Shown here in pieces: positions 1 through 29,361 of a stretch of 64,000 bases of DNA. Position numbers and translations under genes: made by a program. The notes under the pieces are model-generated. The model made no database searches. It was not told the DNA's origin and saw only the letters and a program-made list of their open reading frames with translations. The DNA is from Macrostomum lignano (Eukaryota): positions 1-64,000 of the forward strand of contig NIVC01002376.1 of the NCBI GenBank assembly GCA_002269645.1. Direction: 5' to 3'. Each line of letters starts with the position of its first letter. Within the stretch, counting starts at the first letter, position 1.

Positions 1-1332
1 ATGCTACTAAAGCTGTAAGATCAGTTAATAGGTACATTTTGAAAGGCAAGTAACTACTATAAGACTCAAAATATAGTTATGTTTTCCTTGATCTTAAAGT
101 TAACGAATTACATATATTATTTAGGCTATAAAACAAAGATTGTAATAATTTTTATTTAGAAAGCACTAGACTAGCCTATTAAGCCCTATAAGGGCATTCA
201 AATTCCAAATTCAAACACGAAAGCATTAAAAACATTGTTTTTTAAATACTTGACTCATTTTCAAATCGATTTTTTCATTGTTTGAAGTTTTACATAAGCA
301 CCCTAAGCCCTATGGTATGTGTTTGAATTTAAAATTTAAATATTGAAAACATTAAAAAACACTGTTTTTTAAATATTTGACCCATTTTCAATTATGGTAT
401 AAGTATTATATACCAATTTTCCAAATGAATATGAATTAACTGGGCACAGATATTGCCCCCATCTGCAACTATGCCACCCTTGATGTATTGTAAGATAACA
501 AACAAGATCAGAGCAGATTAGGGGATTGATGAAAAAAGGCTTCGCGTTTCAACCTTTTCAGGTTAGCTTTATAACCCCTGCTCTCTCTCATCGATTGTCT
601 ATCAGACTGGATAATACACAATAAAATTCAATCAACACTGCAATTAAATTGCAAGCCCACCATGCAAAAGGATCATAAAATTCTATTGTGAATACATATT
701 CTACACTGTACATTGGCCAAGGAGAGACCTAAATGGTTGAACTGAATAATTAGATAATAAAATGGAGTGCTCATTGGAAGCATTAAAAATAGTTTGAATT
801 TTAATTTTTCATCAAAAAAGTTATGCATGATCTCCAAAAATTAGAAATCAACCAGATGGTTTTCAAAAAATCAACAACTGAGAGATAGACAAATAGTGCA
901 AAATGGGTATATAGATTTTGCTTTGATATTAATATAATTATACTTAGTTGCTATGCCCATCAATCAATGTTGCCATTGATATAACAATAAACAAATAAAA
1001 TTTTGATCAGCAAAAATAACTTCTTTAGTCTTTTTCAACTGACAAACTTATTTAAGGATTTCTTACTAAGACTGACAAACATTGTTAGATTTTAATTAAT
1101 ACTTTATTAAATAATTAATCCAATCAGTAATACCCCAGTATATTCTATAGAATCATAATATCCCATCCAATGCCTTAAGAAGACATGTCCTATTATCATA
1201 CCATATTTTTTCATCAAGCTACTTTATACTAGAGCAATATCCAAGTGTATATTATATTTTTGGGCAAAACAAATACACACTGGAAGTTTTTCCTACAATG
1301 TATACCTTTTGGAATGGCTTAGCACTATACAT

Positions 1333-1505
1333 GTGCAACCTTGGGAATCACTAGGCCTTTTCTATTGGCAACACACATATATGACTCATATATGTAAGTC
1401 ACTATTGGCTGAGAGTAGTCACATGAGTACTATTCCATCCAATAGCAACTTACATGTATGTGTTACCAATAGAATGAAATGCCCAGGTGAGTCCCTAGGT
1501 TACAC
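1333..1505. mobile_element. Degenerate ~170-bp palindromic (foldback/MITE-like) element
   Basis: 1333-1378 pairs with 1458-1505 (ttctattggcaacac / gtgttaccaatagaa). 1387-1408 pairs with 1439-1460 (catatatgtaagtcactattgg / ccaatagcaacttacatgtatg). The centre is a near-palindrome, agtagtcacatgagtact. No TSD recognised. Confidence 0.5.
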
Positions 1506-2962
1506 CTAAGCATGTTTAGCACTACACAAGATATTATTATTTTTTATATGCCATATTGTATAGTCTATACCATCTGTGCTAGATAATATAGAGTTGGTTA
1601 GACCATTTTACTGCATCCCAGGATAGAATATTTGTATGGCAATTTAGGAATAAAAAGTTGCCGTATATATATCAGTTTTTATCCCATAACAAGTTTTTTT
1701 TCATATCATGACATTAAAGGTCCTTTTTGCAGTTTTAATAATAAAGGACCTTTTTAAGGAAGGCAAGTCTTATATATATATATTATTTGTGTTACATGTA
1801 AATAAAAATATTTTCAAAAAAATTATGCTACTTTGAGTCTACAATCAGGAAGGTGGTAGATTTCACATAAAATTGTGACAACGGAATTTTCTAATGCACA
1901 CAGCACTTAGTTCACACATAAAGTGTGACATATAAATGTGTACTTGCTCCTTTTTCAAATATTCAATTTAATTAAAATAGCACAAAAAATGTTTTGAATA
2001 TACAAAGAATACATATTTTACTGAAAAATTTAAATATAACAATTGTTTTTTTATTAACATTGAGGAAAAAAATAAAAAAATACATATAAGTCAATATTCA
2101 AAATAAGATTATTTGTTGGACACTACTACAACTATGAACTGGCTAAATTAGAGTCTGGGGATGATATAGACATTTAATTTTTTAGATTTGTGACTATTGG
2201 TATTGTTTAGCCTTCTTTTATGATTGATGCATTTTGTTGTAGAACCTATAATTTGTTATATTGTTATATCATAGCTACTATTAATACAAAATGCAGATTT
2301 TTTTCTTGGTATACATGCAGTTTTTTACTTGGCACACAGTGCACAATTAAAATTTGTCTAGAGATTTATTGTAGCACATATGGCATACCTTTCTAACCAT
2401 GGCTTTGAGTTTTTTTGTTGTATATGATTATCACAAAAAGTATACACAAGTATGCAAGTTTATCAACTATGTGTATACAAATGCAAGTTTTTTAATACAA
2501 ATAGAATATGGCCAAGATTTTATAAAAAAATTAATTTTGGTCTACACTAGGATTAAGAAATAGTGCTAGGCTATTAACTACTTTGCACAAGTATTTTCCA
2601 TGAAAAAAGGCTAGGCTTACCTTTGACTATTTTACTTTTTCATTTAAAAAGATTATGGTGATAATCCTTAGAAAGATAGGTGGGTAGTCACCTAGGATTG
2701 CTACCTTTCCAATATTTATGCCATTATCAAGAATAATAAAAAGCCTTAAGTTAAGTGAAGGTCAAAAAAAGCTTAAATGTTATATAAGCAATAAAAAATT
2801 ATCTAAGCTTGATAAAGCCTAGTATTAACTATCAACAGATGGTCAAGGCTTTTGGCTACATGTCATAAGCTAGGCCTACTAGTCATAGTCACTGACTTTG
2901 GCAAAAAGATATTTCTATAATAAACACTTTAGCAAATGGCAACAAGACATTTTGGTAAAAAG

Positions 2963-3362
2963 CAGTGGCGTACTTAGTGGGGAAGATACAGGAATATATC
3001 TCCTCATTTTGATAATTTATAAAAAATTAAAATAAAGTTTTTTGAAAAAAGCAAACTAAAGCGGCTTAGACTTGACAAAATTACAAAAAAATGGCCTATT
3101 TCACCTATAAACAAATATAAAAATGTTTTATATGATATTTCTATGAAGCCTTAGTTCTTAAAATGCATAGACAGAACAGATATTTACTGGCTTTATTTTG
3201 ATTTTAACAAAATAAAGTTTTTTAGCTAAATAAACATGGTTTTAGTACTTTTAAGTTTTAAATGCATATTTTAAGCAAAAAATTGCAAAAAACTATTTTA
3301 TTACTCTACAATTTTGTCCCTAAAAGTTATTCCCCCTTTTTAAAATCCTAGGTATGCCATTG
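2963..3362. mobile_element. Possible decayed non-autonomous TIR element (CAGTGGCGTA-type ends)
   Basis: Left end CAGTGGCGTACTTAG at 2963. Right end CCTAGGTATGCCATTG ends at 3362 and reverse-complements to CAATGGCATACCTAGG. No TSD detectable. Confidence 0.4.
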
Positions 3363-3563
3363 CACTAGGTAACAGTCATTTTGGCAATAATATTAGGCCA
3401 TTTCAGGAAATTAACTATTTTAGTACATGGCTGACTTTTATTTTCATTGTACTATCATAAAAAGAATTATTAGCAATCCTTTATCATTAAATAATAAATC
3501 CTTGTATTTTTTCTATTTTTAGGCCTACTTTACCAATACCACCTTTAAAATAGGGCCTAAATG

Positions 3564-4195
3564 GGCAATCCTGAAGATTCCCACGTTTAATTATTTTACG
3601 CATTTGGTGGGCCCAAACAAACAAGACACAGCTTGGTGGGCCCAGAGTGGACATTGAGATCAATGAGTCCAAATTCATGCATTGCAAGTACCACCAGGGG
3701 CAGTACCATGAAGGCCACTGGGTGCTGGGCATAATGGAGAAAGGCACTCATCAATGCGTTCTTATTCCTGTGCCAGACCATTCAGCCAACATACTGCTGC
3801 CAGTGATCAACCAGCATGTGCTTCCAGGGACATGAATCGTCACTGATCAGTGGGCAGCCTACAATACACTGGCAAATCACCTGATAGTGAACCATTCACT
3901 GCATTTCCATGACTCAAATAACCTAGACACTCACACAAATACAGTCGAGGGCATGTGGGCCCACTGCAAGGCCAAATTCCAGGCCATGCACAGGACTTTG
4001 GATGCCCTTTTTGTTTTTAGCACATACCTGCAAGAGTTCATGTGGGGCCGGGCCTTCCTGGACCATCAGTTTGGCAATATCCTATACTGGATTGGACACT
4101 ATTACCCATGCCAATAGTGTAACACTGACAGACTTTTTTGATTGGATTGCTTTAATTCCATAAAATAATTAAACCCGGGAATCTTCAGGATTGCC
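3564..4195 (+). mobile_element. Merlin (IS1595/ISXO2-like) DNA transposon, internally deleted, non-autonomous
   Basis: TIRs GGCAATCCTGAAGATTCCC (3564-3582) and GGGAATCTTCAGGATTGCC (4177-4195), extending to ~35 bp with 2 mismatches. Perfect 8-bp TSD CCTAAATG at 3556-3563 and 4196-4203. Internal DDE transposase remnant. GG termini and 8-bp TSD are typical of Merlin. Confidence 0.9.
3632..4117 (+). pseudogene. Merlin/ISXO2-like transposase catalytic-domain remnant
   Basis: One frame reads LGGPRVDIEINESKF..KYHQGQ..EGHWVLG..VLPGT*IVTDQWAAY..VNHS..HTNTVEGMW..YLQEFMW. This matches the ISXO2-like motifs (VEIDES, I.(T/S)D.W..Y, VNHS, HTN.IE..W). First catalytic D is mutated to N (3662), there is an in-frame TGA at 3833-3835, and the N-terminus is absent. 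Confidence 0.85.
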
Positions 4196-4285
4196 CCTAA
4201 ATGAAATACAAATATAAATCGCTTGTCAAATCACTAGGCCCCCCTACTTATTCTTCAATTCATATTGTATTCATATTGTATCCAG

Positions 4286-4437
4286 GTTTTTTGTCGAAAT
4301 TTCTTCCCCATTGTCGCCAAAATTAGTCCCTACTCCCCGCCTACTGTCGCCGAAAAATTCATTTGTCTCAAAATTGTTGCCAAAGCCCGAAGTGTCCGTC
4401 GCCGAAATGTCTTGTTGGCGACGTGACTGGCAGCCCA
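4286..4437. repeat. Dispersed repeat with recurring (T)GTCGCCGAAA motif; related copy at ~6489-6577
   Basis: gtcgccgaaatgtcttgttggcgacgtgactggcagcc (4399-4436) resembles gtcaccaaaatgtcttgtcgccaaagtgactaatagcc (6540-6577). Confidence 0.45.
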
Positions 4438-5292
4438 TGTCATAGATACAGTACAAGAAAGTGGGAGCCTACTGGTACTGGTATAATGTATATCATATCT
4501 ATATCCACAAATACTAATTAATTTCTTATACTAACGCCAACAGCCTTTGCGTTTGCCTTCTTAATTTGAACATTAAAAAATCGTATTTCGGTATTTTGTA
4601 TTTAAAAAGTGGCTGAGACACAGCCTGTTTTGGCTAGTGGAAAAAAATAAAGTTTGTCCACTGAATTCGTGCAGCAACTTTATATTTCTGTAGTTCTTCT
4701 AAACTCTAATTCGCTTTCGCTTTTAAATCCAAATACCTTACACTGGCTTATTGCTTCTGATGCCAAACAAAGAATACTTTTCTTGGAACAAAATTAGCAA
4801 TAGCATTTTGAAAAGTCGCCAAATCGTATTTATGTCAGGTTTCTAAAAGAAAAGCACTGAAACTGTCTACTAAATTTTTTAAAGCATTTTTAAGGGCCAA
4901 AAGCTATAAAGTAAACGCAAATTATTTTTACTTTGGTTTACTGATTTTATCAAGCGTACACACTATAAACGTATTTTTTAAATTCGACAGGGTTTCAGTT
5001 TTTCATGTCAAAGTAAGTCGGTGTTTAGTTTTAGTTAGGATAAGTATAGTGTTTTCGTACAAATCACATCCAATTTCCACAATTTGAAAACTACTAAGCA
5101 GTGTCTGTTTGTTTTTTGATTTCCTTTTAAAACATGTTTTTGTGACTTGCCTTTCTTTTTAACCTTCGTTTTGACTTCATTTGTTCTTACGGCTTGTCGG
5201 TAATCAACATAAAAAATTGTTTAGAATTAGATTTAGTATATTTAAAAGTAAGTTTTACTTGTTTACTAATTCCTTAGACAAAGCACATTGAA

Positions 5293-21300
<16,008 letters not shown>

Positions 21301-22904
21301 CCCCGGCCCCGGATAGCCCCGAAGACAATATTAATGATGATGATATTATTGAATACACTGTGTCTACCAGGCCTCACTATCTGCTAATGTACCGGCTCTG
21401 TACACACCCACTTGCACTGCTTCATTTGCCAAAAATTGGAGACTGGTGGCGAGCCTTGAAACTCCCATTTAGACAAATTAGTGTTTTTTATATGATGTTT
21501 TCTGCTATCTCAGTTCAATTTTTTGCAAGAAAACAAACAATGGTAATTTATTGATGATTTTAGCACCTGTGTGTACATAGGGCGTTCTCCGCACTAACTG
21601 TTCAATTCTTAAAACTTTCGATTCTCTGCACTAATAACTTCTCTGTTGTGTTTTGCGGATGCAACGATTGTTATTATTAATATTTTTATACACATTTGCA
21701 CTTTTGTTTTCTTCTGCGTTCACTGCTGGCAGTCTTTATAAATTGGCCTTTTTCATATTCATATTCTGATTTTTTAAGATTTAGTATAAAGAATATTAAA
21801 AGGAGGTTAATATGTTGTATTCTTTATTATTGATTGATTTCTTCGAAAATTATTATTTATTGCTAATAAACTAAGATTCGAGATACATTTAATATAATTT
21901 TCTTGAATTTATAAATTTCTAGCCAAAAACACGCATAAGCTACTTAGATATAAAAGTAGTTAAATATAGTTGAATATCGATCTTTAATCATCAGTTACCG
22001 ATTTATACATAAAAAATGACTAATATTTTTATAAGCAAGGTAGACTAGATGGATTGCTAAATTGATGAATTAATTCTGAACAAAGGTTGTTACATACAGA
22101 TGAACAAGCTTATAAGTTCTGCTTTACCACGCGGCAAATCTCGGCCCAATTTATTAATTTGCGAAGCTTTCTATATTTTTTAACTTCTATTTTGTTAGCT
22201 GTTTTTGTGCATTGTAACCTGTGCGCCTGAACTCTATTGTAACTAGATTGTTGTATTATTAACAGTGAATTTTAAAAATACGCGTGAAACCTGATAACCA
22301 AATCTGTGCCTGATGCTCTCGTGATTCTGAAATATGATTAGCTAACTTCAATCTGATTTTATCCATGCTTTCAACTCTTTTAATGCCGAAGTTTTCAATT
22401 TTTTCTTTCAAACTATTGCCAACATGTTGGCGAATTACTACTTACCAGCATATAAGTAGTTGTTGTGGTTTCATTTGTTGTTTTTTAATTGAAATTTATT
22501 CGACTTTACTTTTTATTCACAGTGTTCCGTATTGTGTGCTTCATTGCGTCTGAATTTTAATTAGCTTACTAATTAAAAAAAGATTTGTTTAAAAGCTCGT
22601 AAGCGCTGCATCTACTACTTACTTTACTACTTAATACTGTCAGCCCTACATGTTTTTTTAATGCTGAATTGTAAACTTCTGCAGTACAATGAAGAAGCAC
22701 TAAGCATACACATGTAATTGCTCCCGCGTTCCGAGAACAACACCTCTTTGGCTGAAGAAGTTCACCTGAAAGATTACACTAATATAATATTTGATAAGTG
22801 AAATACAATAGAATTTAAAGCAACATGATGTTTTGCTATGTAACTCAGCACAAACTTAACTGCTCTTCTGCCGTGTTTTCCAGATTTTTGGCTGACTGCT
22901 CTGA

Positions 22905-23800
22905 TCCATCTCTAATCTCCCCTCCTATCACTGATCACTCATCTCTATTCTCACCTCCCCTTCACTGATCACTCATCTCTATTCTCACCTCCTATCACTG
23001 ATCACTCATCTCTATTCTCCCCTCCTATCACTGATCACTCATCTCTATTCTCACCTCCCCTTCACGATCACTCCACCTCTAATCTCCCCTCCTATCACTG
23101 ATCACTCATCTCTAATCTCCCCTCCTATCACTGATCACTCATCTCTATTCTCACCTCCCCATCACTGATCTCTCCACCTCTAATCTCACCTCCCCATCAC
23201 TGATCACTCATCTCTATTCTCACCTCCCCATCACTGATCTCTCCACCTCTAATCTCACCTCCCCATCACTGATCACTCATCTCTATTCTCACCTCTCCTT
23301 CACTGATCACTCCACCTCTAATCTCACCCCATCGCTGATCTCTCTATCTGCTCTAAATCTCACTCCATCACTGATCTCTCCATTTGCTCTAAATCTCACT
23401 CCATCACTGATCTCTCTATCTGCTCTAAATCTCACCCATCACTGATCTCTCCATTTGCTCTAAATCTCACTCCATCACTGATCTCTCTATCTGCTCTAAA
23501 TCTCAGCCATCGCTGATCTCTCCATCTGCTCTAAATCTCACCCATCGCTGATCTTTCCATCTGCTCTAAATCTCACTCCATCACTGATCTCTCTATCTGC
23601 TCTAAATCTCACCCATCGCTGATCTCTCCATCTGCTCTAAATCTCACCCATCGCTGATCTTTCCATCTGCTCTAAATCTCACCCATCGCTGATCTCTCCA
23701 TCTGCTCTAAATCTCACCCATCGCTGATCTCTCCATCTACTCTAAATCTCACCCCATCACTGATGTTTCCATCTCTAATCCCCCTCCATCACTGATCTCT
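22905..23800. repeat. Two grading minisatellites (~33 bp TCACTGATCACTCATCTCTATTCTCACCTCCCC, then ~35 bp CATCGCTGATCTCTCCATCTGCTCTAAATCTCACC)
   Basis: The unit changes at ~23330. Lies between the CanA and CRIP 3' ends. Confidence 0.9.
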
Positions 23801-24422
23801 CAGAGTCCCATCCGTCATCAAGCTCTTTCTTTAGTGTACTGACTGCAATTTTTTAATAAAATAAAACGAATTTTTACGTAAAAAACTCGTCTCGTCGTAT
23901 AGTCACTGCTAGTGAATTACGGTGAAAATCAATATAGCATTTTGCCACCTTATGATATATTTATTTGATCTTCAGTAATAGCATTCGTTTAATCTAGAGA
24001 TTAAAAGAAGAAAATAATTATAGTTGTGTACAAAATTAAAAAAACCGCGCTTAATCAAACCTTGGTGTACTTTTACATGCACTTTTCAGTGTCACGAAAA
24101 TTATATGCTAGCAATTGATAAAACGTGAAGTGCAGAGACATATTGACAGATTATTAATTTAAGACCGTAACTTAAAAACACACTGTTATAAATTTGTAAT
24201 TCGGATTCGTATTTTCATGTAAATTGATCATAATTATTAATGCACAAGGAATCTGAACTGACTAAAATTCTGTGTACATAAAGTTGCAAATAGTACGTAC
24301 GCGGTGACTTAAGTAATTAACAAATGTTGAAGTGATGCAAATAAAGCAGTTATTGGGTCAATAATGTTGATGCCCGTCACAAATCAATAATATAATCAAG
24401 TTAGGTCACGGGTACCTGATCA

Positions 24423-26062
24423 TCAGTACTTGTGGCTCTCTGTACCTCCATGACCGTAACCTGGAGGGAAAAGGTTTACATTGAATAGCACAGGTATGTT
24501 TGCATTGCATTGGCTTGAAATTCAGACAGTTAAACTTACTGTAGAGTTTCAGGTCACTCTTCTGGCAGGGTTTCAGGTCACTCTTTCAGAGTTTCAGGTC
24601 ACTCTTCTGGCAGGGTTTCAGGTCACTTTTCTTGCAGGGTTTCAGGTCACTCTTCTGGCAGGGTTTCAGGTCACTCTTCTGGCAGGGTTTCAGGTCACTC
24701 TTCTTGCAGGGTTTCAGGTCACTCTTCTTGCAGGGTTTCAGGTCACTCTTCTGGCAGGGTTTCAGGTCACTCTTTTAGGGTTTGAGGTCACTCTTCTGGC
24801 AGGGTTTGAGGTCACTCTTCTGGCAGGGTTTGAGGTCACTCTTCTGGCAGGGTTTCAGGTCACTCTTTCAGGGTTTCAGGTCACTCTTCTGGCAGGGTTT
24901 CAGGTCACTCTTTCAGGGTTTGAGGTCACTCTTCTTGCAGGGTTTCAGATCACTCTTCTTGCAGGGTTTCAGGTCACTCTTCTTGCAGGGTTTGAGGTCA
25001 CTCTTCTGGCAGGGTTTGAGGTCACTCTTCTTGCTGGGTTTCAGGTCACTCTTTCAGGGTTTGAGGTCACTCTTCTGGCAGGGTTTCAGGTCACTCTTCT
25101 GGCAGGGTTTCAGGTCACTCTTCTGGCAGGGTTTGAGGTCACTCTTCTTGCTGGGTTTCAGGTCACTCTTTTAGGGTTTGAGGTCACTCTTCTGGCAGGG
25201 TTTGAGGTCACTCTTCTGGCGGGGTTTCAGGTCACTCTTCTGGCAGGGTTTCAGGTCACTCTTCTGGCAGGGTTTCAGGTCACTCTTCTGGCAGGGTTTC
25301 AGGTCACTCTTCTGGCAGGGTTTCAGGTCACTCTTCTTGCTGGGTTTCAGGTCACTCTTTCAGGGTTTCAGGTCACTCTTCTTGCTGGGTTTCAGGTCAC
25401 TCTTCTGGCAGGGTATCAGGTCACTCTTCTGGCAGGGTTTCAGGTCAGGGTTTTATCAGGTTACTCTTGCGGTGTTTCGGGTCACTCTTCTTGCAGGGTT
25501 TAAGGGCACTCTTGCAGAGTTTTAAGTGACTTTCTTGTGCAGGTTCCTGAAGAATATCCTTCATTACTATCTGGTTAATACTGAGCTCAGAGTCACATGA
25601 ATAGATCGGCGTACCTCCCGGACCAAACAGAGCAGCATAGCAAGGCCTGTTGCAATACGGTTTACCATCGTGCTGCAAATCAAAATGAGAGTGAGACGTT
25701 GTGGCGACTTACAATTCGTGTCTCTCTAGATTCTCTGTCTCTGACAGGCCCTCATAATTTATTAATTAGGAAATTGAAGACACAAGGCAACGCAACGGCA
25801 AGACATAGTAATTAACTTTCAGCAACGGTACAATACCTCTGAGTGAGACCCGGCAGACAGAGTCTTGTTGCACTTTTCGCAGCGCAGACACGGCCTGTGC
25901 CAGTCTTTGCCTAGGGAGGTCACCTTTTCAGCTGCAGGAAAGATGGCGAACAGGTCTTAAAAAGTATTAACAAATAAACGGTACAATTTAGTATAATTTC
26001 CATTCTTAATTCTCATTCTCACCAAAGTACACCTCCTTGTTGCATTTTGGGCACTTCGGCAT
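24423..26062 (-). CDS. CRIP1: Cysteine-rich protein 1-like (single LIM domain plus Gly-rich tail), 76 aa, 4 exons
   Basis: Exons (minus) 26062-26023, 25931-25837, 25672-25615, 24460-24423, all GT-AG. Translation [76 protein letters not shown], closely matching CRIP1. Mostly missed by the ORF track. Confidence 0.95.
24546..25525. repeat. 24-bp minisatellite (GGGTTTCAGGTCACTCTTCTGGCA) with 21-bp variants, CRIP intron 3
   Basis: ~40 units. Source of the GFQVTLLA artefact ORF. Confidence 0.95.
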
Positions 26063-28277
26063 TTTCGCTTAAATTTCAGTGTAACAAAAGTATAAACTTG
26101 TCCACTGAAGAGCAAGTCAACAAATAGTTTAGTTGAGTGAAAAGCAATCTAGATTATACACTTTGTGAGCGCCTCAAATATCCTAATTCTGCGCGCACTC
26201 AGTGCATGTACTTGCTATATTTAGTCTGGTCAAGGCTTCATGCTTTGGGGGTTGTTGGGTAGCAAGAATTCTAGTGTTTTGTTTGATTCTATAGACGCTT
26301 CTGTGTGCTTTCTGGTTCAGGAGGGTTGCGGCGATCTCAATTCTGTCTTTTCTTTCTCTCCTCTGTCCCTTACCCAATAAGATAACCCGGCCCCGCCCCT
26401 CGGGGCTAATGTACATTTGGTCAGGTTAGAAATGTACACCCAGTCCCCGCCACGCGCCGGCCCACCCCAGCCGCGCGCCAGGAGAGCTTTTACTATCGGG
26501 GGCCAAATTTTACAGTGACTCTTTTTTTGTATATTGGGCGTGGTCCGTAGCTCTGCAGGCTTAGCTGAGGGCCGATTCAAATTTGGAAATGTTGTTTGAC
26601 TTCGCAGTTAAATCATATACGAGTATAATACTCGTTAGAATTAATTGCGTGTTTCGTTAGCTCTTATTATTCTATTCCATTTGACGATTCGGCTCTTCTC
26701 AGTTTTCAATTTCCGATTCTGATTTTCTTTCTGCTCTATAATTAGAAAAGATATCATATCATCTATATATAAATGCCATTTAAACAATGAATATTCACAT
26801 TTCACATTCCTGCCTTAATTTGCTCTTCTCTAAATTAAATCTTTAACATTAGCTCAATCTCGTTTATCTGCTGCAAAAATGAAGAAAATTTTCTGGCACT
26901 AGATCGTAATTTTCTAATTCTCGATTTTAATCTCGAAAATTCATCAGGTTAATCAGGCTCTTCTTTTCCCATGGAATCTTCGTCTATGGTAGTTTTTCAT
27001 GTGCATTCAGTTCTCAGGCCCGAAAACTAGGCCTGAGAAATCGTTTCTCAGCTTACTCAAACTGAGGACTGAGAACAAGTTTATATTTAGCCATACAGAC
27101 TGAAACGAATACCAACAATGGAACAAAGGAAACAGGTATGAAAAAACACAACAGATACAGTTCACGCCAAAATTACATTTCGTGAGCGGTCACTATTTGG
27201 TCAATAATAGTTCTTTTACAACCCACTCCCAAGTGATGGTCACACTTTACAGCCGGGTGAAATGACGCTTCCATCCTGCCCATTGGCGAAAAGCTTCATT
27301 GATTTTGTTGGAGGAGCAGTTTTATTGGCCAGCGTCTCCACAGGAGCGTTGAGGAAACCGGCGGCTCGGCAGGTGCAGAGACTGGAAACATCCAAGACAG
27401 ACATCCGATGTCGTCAGATGACAAGACGGTAAAACGACTAGACGATGCTGCTGGAACAGTGTCGTCAGAGTCAGCTGCCGATAGATCGGCAGTAGTCGTA
27501 GACGTAAAGGTGGTCGATGCAAAAGCAGTCGTAGATGTAGTTAATGGTCGATGCGAATAAAGCATCGATCCATCGCTCTGTCTCTTTCTGTCTCAATTTG
27601 TGTAAAATAAGCAGTTCGATCCATAAAATATGCAGGATTTCATTTGACTTTAGTCTAATCATTTAGTCTATTAGTCTACGGTTCTGCCCCACGCCCGCTC
27701 GTCTTACAAGTGGAGATGAAATTTTATCACGCCCACTAAAAAATTTCTATGGCCAAAAGTCCTTGGACTTTCTTTTCCATAGAACAATTTATTAGCGGGT
27801 GTGATACTACTACACTTCACCTGCCAATTCGCGATCAATTCTGGCTACTTAGTAGTATAAAAAGGATATTCCCAAATGTAAAAATGCAACAAAAGCTATA
27901 GCCAATTTTTGTGACAGATAAAACGTCCTGGTTCGGGCTAAAAAACCCTTTCAATCCACTCGAGATAAATATCGCTCACCATCTGACCATCAGTTAATGC
28001 TTAACCCCTATATTGGCACTTAAGCCGTCTATTGGCATTGGGATCTTTTCGCAAATAAAAAGAGCCGTGTGTGCGTGCACGGCCATTGCGTGGGCAAAAA
28101 TGGACAGCTAGCAAATATTTGTCCATTTTCTGCTACAAACTGAAACCGGACGGTTTGACGAACTGGAAGAATTTCTTGCAGTTCACGCTGTATTTTGATT
28201 TGTCCTTCTGGCCAGGGTAGTACTTTTCGTATATGAATCAGTATGAGTCCTGGCTGTTATCCCAGTAGACCCTATAC

Positions 28278-28330
<53 letters not shown>

Positions 28331-28834
28331 GATGGAGAGGGCGAGAGTAGAGGCAGAGAGTGAAGGCACAGAGCATGAGGCAGATTGCAAGGCAGTTCTA
28401 GTAGCATGCATGGTGCAGAGTCGGAGAGGAGAAGAAGGATCGTGTATAGTTGCTCATGGAGTCCGCAAATTCAGATTAATGTTTTTTATTTTCAACTCCA
28501 AAAACGGTGCTCCGTAGTTGTATATGCATGTGGACAGGCAGATATATTTATTGAGCTGCTCTTGCAGTTGGCGCATGTCTAATATACGTGTATTAAGCTT
28601 TTTTCTGCTTGCTCAGAAGCGCGTATGCTAAGCCATGAGCTTGGCAATTGTTTCCTAGAATATCGCGGCAAAAGGGGAAAAACTTTTATGACCTCCGGCT
28701 GGCCGTTTGCTAAGTCTGGCTTTGTAAACTTGCCGTCCTTCTGAGCGGACTCCAGTGGTGCTTGAAACTGCTTTTATGACGTGCAGCGGAGGTTCTGCAT
28801 TTAAATAACGAAATAAACAGTTTTAACTAAAGAT

Positions 28835-29361
<527 letters not shown>

